Assembly: GCA_027319565.1 (NCBI GenBank)
Contig: DAHVNA010000025.1
Coordinates: 1 to 31,782, forward strand
Direction: 5' to 3'
Source of the DNA: Elusimicrobiota bacterium
Lineage (GTDB): Bacteria > Elusimicrobiota > Elusimicrobia > UBA1565 > UBA9628
Length of the DNA stretch: 31,782 nucleotides
The notes under the pieces: model-generated
Seen by the model: the letters and a program-made list of their open reading frames with translations, nothing else
Database searches by the model: none
What the model was told of the DNA's origin: nothing
Program-made: the position numbers and the translations under genes
Shown: positions 1 to 8,543 of the stretch, piece after piece
Layout: every line of letters begins with the position of its first letter
Numbering within the stretch: position 1 is the stretch's first letter

Positions 1-392
1 AGATTTAAATGCATCCCCCTCAAATGAATAGAGCCGATTTCTATCCGCTTTTCCATTAAATGCTTAAGATCAAGGTCCATGATGACGCTTTGAGCGCTCA
101 ATAGCACTCCCGGGTCTTCCGGAACTCCGCCAATTGAGATATCTTGAATTTTAAGACCGTTGAAAGTTGCCCAGATAGAACCAATCGAAACCGGACGATG
201 AAGCCGCTCTTGAAGGGCTTCCGTTAAAATCTGGCGGGTTCGAGAACCGCTCATCAAACGCGGCAAATAAAAGAATATCCCCAACAAGACCGAGGAAAAA
301 AATAATATTCCTAAGGCAAAACCCTTGAGCAAGAGCTTGGCCACCCGTAAAGCGAAGCGGGATTTTTTTCCGCTGTTTGAATGCGCAGGCAT
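1..392 (-). CDS. AsmA-like membrane-anchored protein, N-terminal part (runs off window start)
   Basis: Not in the ORF track. Manual translation from ATG 392 (alternative in-frame ATG 407) is open to the edge: MPAHSNSGKKSRFALRVAKLLLKGFALGILFFSSVLLGIFFYLPRLM...LTEALQERLHRPVSIGSIWATFNGLKIQDISI...LDLKHLMEKRIEIGSIHL. Basic N-terminus, one TM helix and an 'L.R.V.IG.I...GL.I..I.I' pattern typical of AsmA N-termini. Confidence 0.7.
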   Translation of the reverse strand, partial: MPAHSNSGKKSRFALRVAKLLLKGFALGILFFSSVLLGIFFYLPRLMSGSRTRQILTEALQERLHRPVSIGSIWATFNGLKIQDISIGGVPEDPGVLLSAQSVIMDLDLKHLMEKRIEIGSIHLRGMHLN

Positions 393-470
393 GGGGTAAT
401 TCCCCATCCATTGTAACAGTTTTCTTAAAAGCGCTTCCGAACCCAAAAGGGGTATTTGTTATACTGACAG

Positions 471-1631
471 GTGTCAACCAAAGAAACTAGGGAACTCCGC
501 AAGGGCGCCAACAGCTTTGCCCGTCACCTCGACCGTTATTATGACGGCAATCAACTAACCCTTTTAACTCGCGGAAAAGACGTCTATGAAGAAATGTGGC
601 GTTCCATTGAAAACGCGAAGGATTCAATTCATTTAGAGACTTATCGCCTCAGAGCCGACAGGACCGGCCGGGAATTCGCCCACAGGCTTCAAATCCAAGC
701 GCGCGCGGGACTCAAGGTGCGAATCATTTATGACGCCATCGGCTCTTTTGACATCGACCCTGTCTTTATCAATCGCCTTAGAAATGCCGGGGTGCAGGTT
801 TTAGAATACCACCCCCTGGTTCCCTGGAGCCCCCGCTGGGGGCTTAACCGCCGGGACCACAGAAAAATTCTGGCGATAGACGGAAAAATCGCCTTCACCG
901 GAGGGGTCAACATCTCCGATGATCACGCGCCCGTCGAAGAAGGCGGCAGCGACTGGCATGACGTCCATGTTAAAGTTGAAGGCCCCGCCGCCGCGGAAAT
1001 TGACCGCTTATTTAGGATCGTCTGGAATAAAGAGACCAAACGCCCCATCTCTTTTCCCCAAAACTTCGATCTCAAACCCGGAAGCGCTAAAGTCTGGGTC
1101 GCGGCAAATCAAGAGTTTCTCCATCGCACGCGAATCCGTTCCGCTTATCTTAGATCGATTCACGCCGCCAAGAAAGAACTGATTATCGCCAACGCCTATT
1201 TCGTTCCGGATTTCCGCATAACCCGCGCCCTGGTTAAAGCCGCAAGCCGGGGAGTCAATGTCAAAATCCTGGTTCAAGGCGCTTCGGATCTTCCCTGGGT
1301 TCAAAAAGCCGGGCGCTATCATTTCGATTATCTATTGAGGCACGGAGTCAAAATTTATGAATGGCCGGGGCCGATTCTTCACGCGAAAACCGCGGTCGCC
1401 GATAAAACCTGGAGCGCTGTCGGCTCTTATAATCTCGATCACCGAAGCCTTTTGTCGAATCTTGAGCTCAATTTGCATATTCTCGACGAATCTTTCTCAA
1501 GCAAACTATCCGCCGCCCTCAGCGAAGATATCGCGATTTCCCGCGAATTATCCCTTGATTTTTGGCGCAAAAGGCCTCTCTCTGATAAAATAGCTGAGAG
1601 GTTTTGGTATTCGTTTCGATCATTCTTCTAA
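471..1631 (+). CDS. cls: Cardiolipin synthase / phospholipase D family (ClsB-like, no N-terminal TM helices)
   Basis: Two HKD motifs (DHRKILAIDG; LHAKTAVAD), plus GGVNI, YDAIGS, AYFVP and GSYNLD..S...N.E. Confidence 0.92.
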   Translation: MSTKETRELRKGANSFARHLDRYYDGNQLTLLTRGKDVYEEMWRSIENAKDSIHLETYRLRADRTGREFAHRLQIQARAGLKVRIIYDAIGSFDIDPVFINRLRNAGVQVLEYHPLVPWSPRWGLNRRDHRKILAIDGKIAFTGGVNISDDHAPVEEGGSDWHDVHVKVEGPAAAEIDRLFRIVWNKETKRPISFPQNFDLKPGSAKVWVAANQEFLHRTRIRSAYLRSIHAAKKELIIANAYFVPDFRITRALVKAASRGVNVKILVQGASDLPWVQKAGRYHFDYLLRHGVKIYEWPGPILHAKTAVADKTWSAVGSYNLDHRSLLSNLELNLHILDESFSSKLSAALSEDIAISRELSLDFWRKRPLSDKIAERFWYSFRSFF

Positions 1632-2113
1632 TGAAACTTTACATCGTTCGTCATGGACATTCTCCCTCCGCGAGAGAAGCCGGCGTTATTTCCGATTTTG
1701 ATCGACCTCTATCCGAAGAAGGCAAGGCCGCGGCTCTTAAAGCGGGACTACTCATCAAAGACGCGGGGAAAATTCCTGAAATGATTCTCCATAGTCCGCT
1801 CAAGCGCGCGCATGAAACCGCTCTTCAGATCAATTCCGCGCTTAATTGCCCCCAAGGGATGAAATCCTTTGAGCCTCTCTCAAATATCCTGACCGCACCG
1901 GAACTGTTTAATGAAATCAAGCCCTGGGCTTTGCGTTATGAAGGCTTGGTCTTAGTCGGGCACCAGCCGCAACTGGGAGATATGGTTTATTTTCTCTGCG
2001 GAAAAAACATCGGGCTTCAGCCCGCTCAAATCGTGACCTTGGAATTAAATCCCCAAGAGGACTCTCAAGCCTCTTTTTTGTGGTCCTCGGATTCTGTGCC
2101 CCGCCGCGCTTAA
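1631..2113 (+). CDS. sixA: Phosphohistidine phosphatase SixA
   Basis: MKLYIVRHG, DFDRPLS..G, SPLKRA.ETA, LVGHQP. Start set at ATG 1631, which overlaps the cls stop (TAATG). Confidence 0.85.
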   Translation: MKLYIVRHGHSPSAREAGVISDFDRPLSEEGKAAALKAGLLIKDAGKIPEMILHSPLKRAHETALQINSALNCPQGMKSFEPLSNILTAPELFNEIKPWALRYEGLVLVGHQPQLGDMVYFLCGKNIGLQPAQIVTLELNPQEDSQASFLWSSDSVPRRA

Positions 2114-2688
2114 GGATTCGTCAAGCGCATGAAAACTAAAAGGGTATCTCCGTATTTTGTCTCTTTGACAATCTTAAGCCCTTGGGGAACATCGACTTTT
2201 TCCTTAACGTGCCGCTGAGAAATAAGCAATCCCCCCTTTGAGAGGAGCCGGGCTTCCATCACCCGCTCTAGCGATTTTGAGGTCAGAGACAAGGGGGTAT
2301 TTTTGATATCGCGGTACGGAGGCCCTAAAAAAACGATGTCAAAGGATTCCACGCCCGCTCTAAAGGGAATCCAGGACAAATCATCGAGAACATCTCCCTC
2401 AAAAACCTTGGCGCGCTCGCTCAAACCCAAAGATTTGATATTTTCGTCAATTGAACGAACGCACCTTTTATTTTGATCGACAAAAAAGGTAAACGCGCCG
2501 CCGCGAGACAAAGCCTCAAAACCGACGGCCCCCGTTCCCGCGAAGAGATCCAGAAACCGGGCGCCCTTAATGATCGGAGAAAGAATATCGAACAAAGACT
2601 GCTTGATCCGCCCTGAAATGGGTTTAACCCCCTTTTCAGAGTGCGCCGGAAAGTTTTTTCCCCGTAACAATCCTGCTATAATTTTCAT
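2110..2688 (-). CDS. rsmD: 16S rRNA (guanine966-N2)-methyltransferase
   Basis: MKIIAG..RG, LDLFAGTGAVGFEALSRG, FDIVFLGPPY, KYGDT. Confidence 0.92.
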   Translation of the reverse strand: MKIIAGLLRGKNFPAHSEKGVKPISGRIKQSLFDILSPIIKGARFLDLFAGTGAVGFEALSRGGAFTFFVDQNKRCVRSIDENIKSLGLSERAKVFEGDVLDDLSWIPFRAGVESFDIVFLGPPYRDIKNTPLSLTSKSLERVMEARLLSKGGLLISQRHVKEKVDVPQGLKIVKETKYGDTLLVFMRLTNP

Positions 2689-2717
2689 CTATAGTCATAT
2701 AATTATAGAATAGACTT

Positions 2718-3992
2718 ATGCCCTCTGTTTTGGTGGTCGATGACGACGAACTCACGGGAAGCCTTTCCAGCGATTTATTGCGCGAAGGAGGCTTTGACGT
2801 TGATTTGGTCTCCGACAGCCTTCAAGTCATCGACACCCTTCGGAAAAAAAAATACGAGGGAGTGGTTTTAGACATACTCATGCCCGGCATCGACGGGCTG
2901 ACCCTCTGCCACAAGATAAAAACCGATCCGGCGACCAAGCACATCAAGGTCGTCATGGTTTCGGGAAAATCTTTTGAGTCAGAAAAACAAAAAGCTAAAG
3001 AGTTGGGGGCTGCCGGTTTTATCATCAAGCCCTACGACGTCAACACTTTCGCCAAAACCATCGCGGGAATCATCGGAAGCCCCGCTTCAAGCGCTGGCCA
3101 AAGCGCGGTTCAATCTCCGGCGGCAAGCCCGGCCCCAGCGCCCGCCACTTCCCTTGGCCCCGCCGTCCTAAAGGTCAAAATTCTAGGTTCGCGCGCAAAA
3201 AACATTCCAACGCCGTCTCGTTACGGAACCCACACTCCCGCGATCTTAGTCTCTCATCAAAATCACGCGCTTATATTCGACGCCGGAAGCGGACTCAATT
3301 TTCTCAACGAGGAGTTTAAAAACCGCGCCGCCAGGGAAATCCGGGTTTTTCTCACCCATTTTCACCACAACCATGTCGAAGGACTTCTTTCTTTCTCCTC
3401 CGCTCAAACTCCGGACACGCTTATTCATATCGCGGCGGCTCCCGAACCGGGGAAAGGTATTCCGGTTTTACTTGAAGAGGTCCTTAAAGCTCCGGGAAAA
3501 CCCCTTCCCAAGGCCCGCTTTGAACTCCATGAACTAAGAGAACGCTCTTATAAAGTTCTTCCCAATCTCATCATTCACGCCTTTCACGCCAATCATCCCG
3601 GCACCAGTCTTGGATTCTCAATTGAGTCGGAAGGCCGAAAGGTGGTCTATTCTCCCGACGCTGAAATTTACGGGCCAGAAGTGACCGCTTTTCAAGATTA
3701 CGACGAAAAATTTTCCGGCCTTTGCCGCAACGCCGACTTATTGATTCACGACGCCCATTTTACCCAAGAAGACTACGAAAAAAATAAGACTCTGGGCCAT
3801 TCCGGGTTTCTCAATATCGTCGATCTCGCGATTAAAGCCAATGTCAAACGCCTGATTTTATTTCATCAGGACTCTCTCTATGCCGATTCGGTCCTGGACC
3901 GAATGGCTTCGGACGCCCAGAATCTCATTTCCCAAAAATCATCTCCTTTAGTTTGCGAAGTGGCCAAGGAAGGAATGGAAATCCCGGTTTAA
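2718..3992 (+). CDS. Response-regulator receiver domain fused to MBL-fold metallo-hydrolase
   Basis: N-terminal REC (VLVVDDD, LDILMPGIDG, KP), Ala/Pro/Ser linker, then MBL motifs FDAGSG, THFHHNH, NHPG, D.LIHDA, GHS, LFH.D. Confidence 0.88.
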   Translation: MPSVLVVDDDELTGSLSSDLLREGGFDVDLVSDSLQVIDTLRKKKYEGVVLDILMPGIDGLTLCHKIKTDPATKHIKVVMVSGKSFESEKQKAKELGAAGFIIKPYDVNTFAKTIAGIIGSPASSAGQSAVQSPAASPAPAPATSLGPAVLKVKILGSRAKNIPTPSRYGTHTPAILVSHQNHALIFDAGSGLNFLNEEFKNRAAREIRVFLTHFHHNHVEGLLSFSSAQTPDTLIHIAAAPEPGKGIPVLLEEVLKAPGKPLPKARFELHELRERSYKVLPNLIIHAFHANHPGTSLGFSIESEGRKVVYSPDAEIYGPEVTAFQDYDEKFSGLCRNADLLIHDAHFTQEDYEKNKTLGHSGFLNIVDLAIKANVKRLILFHQDSLYADSVLDRMASDAQNLISQKSSPLVCEVAKEGMEIPV

Positions 3993-4002
3993 ATCAAAAA
4001 TC

Positions 4003-4851
4003 TCAGCAAGGTGGGATTAAGTTAAGTTCTTCCAGTTTTTTGAAATTTTTGCGCTCGGCTTCTCCCGGTTTGGGACTTTCTAAAATCCCGGAGGAGTCGC
4101 GAAAATTTTCTGAGGACAAAAGAACCTTAAGCCCCTCAAAACCTAAAACCCCTTGTCCCCACAAGCTATGACTTTCGCGGTGGGAATTTAATTCCGAATG
4201 AGTATCATTGAGGTGAAAAAGGCGAATTTTATCTTTTCCCAAAAGTTCCACGGCTCTCTCTAAAAAGCGAGACATCCCTTCACAATCCGCTATCGAATAT
4301 CCCGCGGCCCAGGCATGGGCGGTGTCGAGACAAAAAGAAACGGGAATCCGAGCGTCTTCTTTTTGGAGAGCTTCCGCAAAAGAGGCCAATTCTTCCAAGG
4401 TCCCGCCAAGCCTTCTCCCTCCGCCCGGAACATTTTCGATACAGAGAGAAACGTTTTTTTCCGCTCCCTCGCGGGCCTGGCGAATCGAGCGAGCCGCCAA
4501 ACTGATTCCAGATGAAATGGAGTCTCCATCGGAATAAGCGCCCAAATGAAGGACAAACGCCTCGGCGTTGAGTCGAGCGGCGAGACTGATTTCATAAGAC
4601 AAACGCGCCACCGAAGAAAGTCTTTTTTTCTCGTCGTTGAGCGCGAGATTAGGCACAAATCGAGAATGGACATAGAGTCTCTTGACTGAACTTTGGGAAA
4701 ATCTCTCAACGAAGCCGGAATAATCTTCTTCTTCGGGATCCGCGTGTCGGCGGTAAGGGAGAACTTGAATCGCCCGAGCTTTTAAAGACTCGGCGTAGTT
4801 AAGAGCCTCAAGAAAACCTTGGCGAATGGAGCAGTGGAGACCTAAAAACAA
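4003..4851 (-). CDS. nfo: Endonuclease IV (AP endonuclease family 2)
   Basis: GLHCS, VLHLG, IEN, CLDTAHAWAAGY, HLND, H..WGQG, ILESP. Confidence 0.88.
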   Translation of the reverse strand: MFLGLHCSIRQGFLEALNYAESLKARAIQVLPYRRHADPEEEDYSGFVERFSQSSVKRLYVHSRFVPNLALNDEKKRLSSVARLSYEISLAARLNAEAFVLHLGAYSDGDSISSGISLAARSIRQAREGAEKNVSLCIENVPGGGRRLGGTLEELASFAEALQKEDARIPVSFCLDTAHAWAAGYSIADCEGMSRFLERAVELLGKDKIRLFHLNDTHSELNSHRESHSLWGQGVLGFEGLKVLLSSENFRDSSGILESPKPGEAERKNFKKLEELNLIPPC

Positions 4852-4869
4852 AATGCCTCTCTAAAAATG

Positions 4870-4942
4870 TGGACGTGAGCGGGATCGAACCGCTGACCTC
4901 CTCGATGCCATCGAGGCGCTCTCCCAGCTGAGCTACACGCCC
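4870..4942 (-). tRNA. tRNA-Ala (GGC), CCA not encoded
   Basis: Reverse complement GGGCGTGTAGCTCAGCTGGGAGAGCGCCTCGATGGCATCGAGGAGGTCAGCGGTTCGATCCCGCTCACGTCCA. Full cloverleaf, GGC anticodon, G3:U70 Ala identity pair. Confidence 0.97.
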
Positions 4943-5038
4943 GTTGAGAAATTATACCAAACTTCCAATAAGAGGCTGTCTAATTACAATTACTGCGCCC
5001 AAAAATTCATCATTTCAGTGAAGCCCATTCACTTGGCT

Positions 5039-8029
5039 TTATTGCTTGAGCGGATTTTCTGGGTAATGCGCCGGGGGAATTCCCTGTGCTTTGAGCGCTT
5101 CGGACATCTGCCACAACTCTTTAATGCGGGCGGGCGTCTCCGGATGATTCATGATCATCAGATAGAACAACCAATCATCCCCGCGGGAAAGAGTCGGAGC
5201 TTTGGGGGCATCGGGTTTCGCCAAGAGCCCGGCTTGAGCCAATTGCTCGGCTGGGCTGACGGTAAACATATGAGAGTCCATCGCGAGCTTAAGCGCATCT
5301 TCTTCGCTCAATTTAAATTTCGAAGAAGGGCGCCAGTTCGTCAAAAGGACCAAGGCCGCAGCCAAGGCTTGCGGATCCTTGACCAAACGGGCTCCGCCTT
5401 CATCGGCTTGCGCCTCGTTATTGCGGGAAGCGGCGATTTGAAGCATGCTCAAAAACACCGGCGCCCACAGAGCGAGGAAAAGCCGCACCAGGGCCGGAAG
5501 GGCCGCAATCGCCGGAATGGCCAAGGGCACAAAACGCTCGTCCTTAGGCCCGAGAGGAACGCCGGCGGGAACTTCTGCGCTTTGTTTTTTAGGAAACAAA
5601 CTCTTAATCATCCGGTGACTGACGATGACCGACCACATTAATGAATAAGCCGCGAAGTTAATCGCGCTTAAAACGCTTCCAATAATGAAACCGGAAAGCA
5701 TATGCCGATCCATGACATGGGTAAACTCATGGGCCAAAACGCCTCTGAGATATCTCTCGCCCAATTTTTCGATATCGGAAGCGCTCGCCTTGGAGACGAC
5801 TTGAGATAAAGCCTCCGGGGAATCATTTTCGGTCGCTCCGGGAATGGTCTCGGAAATCGTTCGCCTCAGAACCTTAAAGGCGTCTCCATCCGGCTTAGAG
5901 GCCGCAATCGCGTTGATAAGGTTTTTTCTCAAATTTTCCGGAGTCAAAAGCATCTCCTTGGTCCCTTGAGTGACGCCGACCATCGCGTGAAACGGGCTCG
6001 GCCCGGTCGCAAAGGCGTTAGGAAGCTCAGTCGGCAAAATGACAACCTCGGGAACTGGAATCGGCTTTTTGCCGGGACGATTGGCGTTTTCCAGGGCGCG
6101 CAGATCGTCAACCACTCGGTAAATGGCGGGGTCTTTCGTTGGATCCGTATCAGTCGCATTTTGCGTTTTCTTAATGAGCGGAGCCGAGAATATAAACGGA
6201 ATTCCAGCGAGAATAACCGCCGCGACGGAAACTTTAAGAAGCTGGTGAATGCCAAAGACTCCAAAACCCATCGCCGCCGCCGCGCCGAGCATGAGCGCGA
6301 TAAAGGTCGCCGTTCTCAGCCAACGATTGACATTGGGCATCTGGGCGGCCATGGCCTCGCTTGGGGTTTGAGGCGTTTGCGCCTGGGAGGTTAAACCCTG
6401 ATTGGAAGACGCCGGGAGAGATTTCTGAAGCAGAAACTCGGTCAGATGGGCGATACGCTCGGGCAAAAAGGCCAGAACCAAAAAGGTCGCAGGAGCCGTA
6501 AAACCCGTCGCCGCCGCGAAAAGAAATAAGCCCGCATAGAGGACATTGAAATTCGTCAAAATGACGGGAAGATTCTGCATCCACGGTTTGGATTTATCCC
6601 AATGGGTTTTGGGATCTCCAAACAGATTCCAAGCGAAAAAGGCGATATTCTCATGCCACGGGGCAAAGCCGCTCAGCAAGGCAAAAACGACTCCGGTCAT
6701 CACCCAGGTAAAAGTTGGAAAGCGCATTTTGGATCCCATCAAGGCTCCCGGAATCGTAAAAGGCTGCCCGGTCTCGGCGGCGTTGATTAGAAACCTCAAG
6801 AAGAAAGAAACCGTCGCTATAGCCGGAAGAGCCGCCATTCCAAAAATCGGTCCAAGGCTTAAAGCCCCCAAGGCGCCGACTCCGATGAAATGGCTAATGC
6901 CAGCCAAGGACGCCGCGCCCAAGAGAAAATTCATTCCGCTTCCGCCGCCAGCCATCGTCATCAAAACGCCAACTCCCGACAAAGAGGCGAGGCTCACCAA
7001 GGCGGGCAAGACAGGCGCTGAAATAGCGGATGCCACCAAGGGCAAAGCCAAAGCTCCGGCCCCGATTAAAGCTCCGATAGAAACGTCTAAAATCCATTTG
7101 ACCTTATTGAGGCGCGGAGCGTCATGGCGGGAAAGACGATAGCGCGTATAAAGAGCCGCCGGCAAAGCCAAGAGGCCTCCCATCACCGCCCAAACCGAGG
7201 CGACGCCGACAAGGCCGAACACGGCCGGTAAAAAATGAACGGCCATGACTTGGGCCGCAACTACCGCCGCGGCGGAGAAAATAATGCGGACGGAACTGAG
7301 CGCAAAACCCGCCGGGGCAAATTTTTGCGGTCCTTGCGGGGTATTTGAATTCTGAGATTCCGGCTGCGGAACCTGCGCGGCGGAAACGACCCTGTTTGCG
7401 CTCGGCGCAAGAGATGTGAATCGAAAACTCCGGGAACTGGAGCGCTCAATGACCGCAAAGGATCTTCCGTCCGGCCCGGGCAGAATGCGCGAAGTAGACT
7501 CTGAACCGTCAAAGATCCGGGCTAGAGCCCCTTGGGCTTTTGAGCCGACGCTCTTAATAGAAGAAGGAGAAAAGGCTTTTTTAAGCGCTGGAATTAATTT
7601 CCCGCCAAAAAATCCGCCGGAGGTTTTTTGATTGAGTACGGCCTGTTGAGCCAAGGCGCTTGATCTTAAAACAGCGTCGTAGGCCTGAGCCCCGCGATTT
7701 TGAGTTTCCTCAGAAGCCCCGGACAATTTGGATTTCAGTTGTTGCCTGGATAAAGCGGTCTCAAATTTTTGCCGCGCTTGTTCTTGCGGCGTCAAGGACG
7801 AGCCTAGGGCTTCAATTTGGGCGGCAGATCCATTGAGATTCTCGGCGCTGATAGAATCCGTATTAAAGGAAAGAGGCGCTTCGATTTTTCCAACGGGAGA
7901 GGCCATTTCCCCTCCGGGGTTAGAGATTTCCCCCATCGCGGCATAAGCCCGCAGGCCCGGGGCCTCAAGCAAAAGCGCCAAGGCCAGTCCGGCCGCGGTC
8001 CATTTTTTCAGAAATTCCAGTTGTTTCAT
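5039..8029 (-). CDS. Large exported/polytopic membrane protein with C-terminal M48 (HtpX-like) zinc metalloprotease domain
   Basis: Signal peptide-like N-terminus (WTAAGLALALLLEAPGLRAYA), low-complexity region, many hydrophobic segments, then PNAFATG, GVLAHEFTH, SRNNEAQADEGG and a late HP motif. ATG 8029 preferred because GGAGG lies upstream; ATG 8059 is the alternative. Confidence 0.8.
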   Translation of the reverse strand: MKQLEFLKKWTAAGLALALLLEAPGLRAYAAMGEISNPGGEMASPVGKIEAPLSFNTDSISAENLNGSAAQIEALGSSLTPQEQARQKFETALSRQQLKSKLSGASEETQNRGAQAYDAVLRSSALAQQAVLNQKTSGGFFGGKLIPALKKAFSPSSIKSVGSKAQGALARIFDGSESTSRILPGPDGRSFAVIERSSSRSFRFTSLAPSANRVVSAAQVPQPESQNSNTPQGPQKFAPAGFALSSVRIIFSAAAVVAAQVMAVHFLPAVFGLVGVASVWAVMGGLLALPAALYTRYRLSRHDAPRLNKVKWILDVSIGALIGAGALALPLVASAISAPVLPALVSLASLSGVGVLMTMAGGGSGMNFLLGAASLAGISHFIGVGALGALSLGPIFGMAALPAIATVSFFLRFLINAAETGQPFTIPGALMGSKMRFPTFTWVMTGVVFALLSGFAPWHENIAFFAWNLFGDPKTHWDKSKPWMQNLPVILTNFNVLYAGLFLFAAATGFTAPATFLVLAFLPERIAHLTEFLLQKSLPASSNQGLTSQAQTPQTPSEAMAAQMPNVNRWLRTATFIALMLGAAAAMGFGVFGIHQLLKVSVAAVILAGIPFIFSAPLIKKTQNATDTDPTKDPAIYRVVDDLRALENANRPGKKPIPVPEVVILPTELPNAFATGPSPFHAMVGVTQGTKEMLLTPENLRKNLINAIAASKPDGDAFKVLRRTISETIPGATENDSPEALSQVVSKASASDIEKLGERYLRGVLAHEFTHVMDRHMLSGFIIGSVLSAINFAAYSLMWSVIVSHRMIKSLFPKKQSAEVPAGVPLGPKDERFVPLAIPAIAALPALVRLFLALWAPVFLSMLQIAASRNNEAQADEGGARLVKDPQALAAALVLLTNWRPSSKFKLSEEDALKLAMDSHMFTVSPAEQLAQAGLLAKPDAPKAPTLSRGDDWLFYLMIMNHPETPARIKELWQMSEALKAQGIPPAHYPENPLKQ

Positions 8030-8102
8030 ATTTTGACTGCCTCCAAAAAATCTCGTCATGCTTGTGCGTCTTTTTCATCTTATCACGATTCTCCAAAAAT
8101 CC

Positions 8103-8145
8103 GTATGGGTCTAAAGTCCTAGGACCCTTCCGGCAAAGGGCCTAG
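8103..8145 (-). promoter_or_regulatory. 43-bp tandem motif (2 x CTRGG.C.TT, 23-bp period), copy A
   Basis: Reverse complement CTAGGCCCTTTGCCGGAAGGGTCCTAGGACTTTAGACCCATAC, 32/43 identical without gaps to 22246..22288. Followed 17 bp later by TGaTAAGAT (8085..8077). Confidence 0.65.
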
Positions 8146-8269
8146 AAAAAATATGTTAACCGGCGCGGCATTTCCATTTTGCCGAGCAGATCGATGTCCC
8201 TCATCGCCCTTGCAAGCGGCGCGTCAAGGGGAAATTTTTTGTCAAGCGCTTGATTTTTATCCCCGTCGT

Positions 8270-8299
8270 TTGCATCCCTCGCGCTGATTGATATAGAAT
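8270..8299 (+). promoter_or_regulatory. Putative sigma70 promoter for structured leader + OMP gene
   Basis: TTGCAT (8270-8275), 18-bp spacer, TAGAAT (8294-8299). Confidence 0.5.
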
Positions 8300-8315
8300 C
8301 ACAGAGTCGTAATAG

Positions 8316-8522
8316 TTCTTGGCTGAAACTCGTAAGCCATTCCTCGGGAATGGTTGAGCTGATACTCCAATAGGAGATCGGCACACGCCAGTATGAATGT
8401 TCAGCCGCTGGATAACGCTGCTTCGGCAGCGTGAAAGGGCGGCCGGACTATTCTGGGTTACTGGCGTGGCTCGGGATTGGACGTCCGCCTGATTCGTTTC
8501 AGGCGTTCCCCGTATGCCAGAA
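8316..8522 (+). ncRNA. Unrecognised highly structured RNA / 5' leader
   Basis: Multiple nested stems: AGCCATTCC/GGAATGGTT; GCTGAT-CTCC/GGAG-ATCGGC; CACGCCAGTA/TACTGGCGTG (10 bp perfect) enclosing GCCGC/GCGGC and ACGCTGC-TTCG-GCAGCGT; CGCCTGA/TCAGGCG; possible closing stem TTCTTGGC/GCCAGAA. Confidence 0.55.
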
Positions 8523-8543
8523 AAAATAAAAGGGGGATTGTCA

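Noticed and set aside
151..477. 108-aa minus-strand ORF from the track
   Set aside because: Overlaps, in a different frame, the more convincing AsmA-like ORF (start 392) that runs off the window.
1604..1630. Extended sixA start given in the ORF track
   Set aside because: It lies inside cls; SixA homology begins at MKLYIVRHG (ATG 1631).
5018..7142. Plus-strand ORFs of 207, 142 and 198 aa
   Set aside because: Antisense to the 1006-aa protease gene, with composition typical of shadow ORFs.
8142..8386. 80-aa and 61-aa minus-strand ORFs in the intergenic region
   Set aside because: No SD or recognisable motif; they overlap the putative promoter and structured RNA, which explain the region better.
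8316..8522. Assignment of the structured RNA to the lysine riboswitch, raiA motif or c-di-AMP riboswitch
   Set aside because: Only short fragments resemble these (AGTA...GAAAGG; TGGCTGAAA; CTCGTAAGC), and the other conserved cores are missing or out of order. A covariance-model search is needed.
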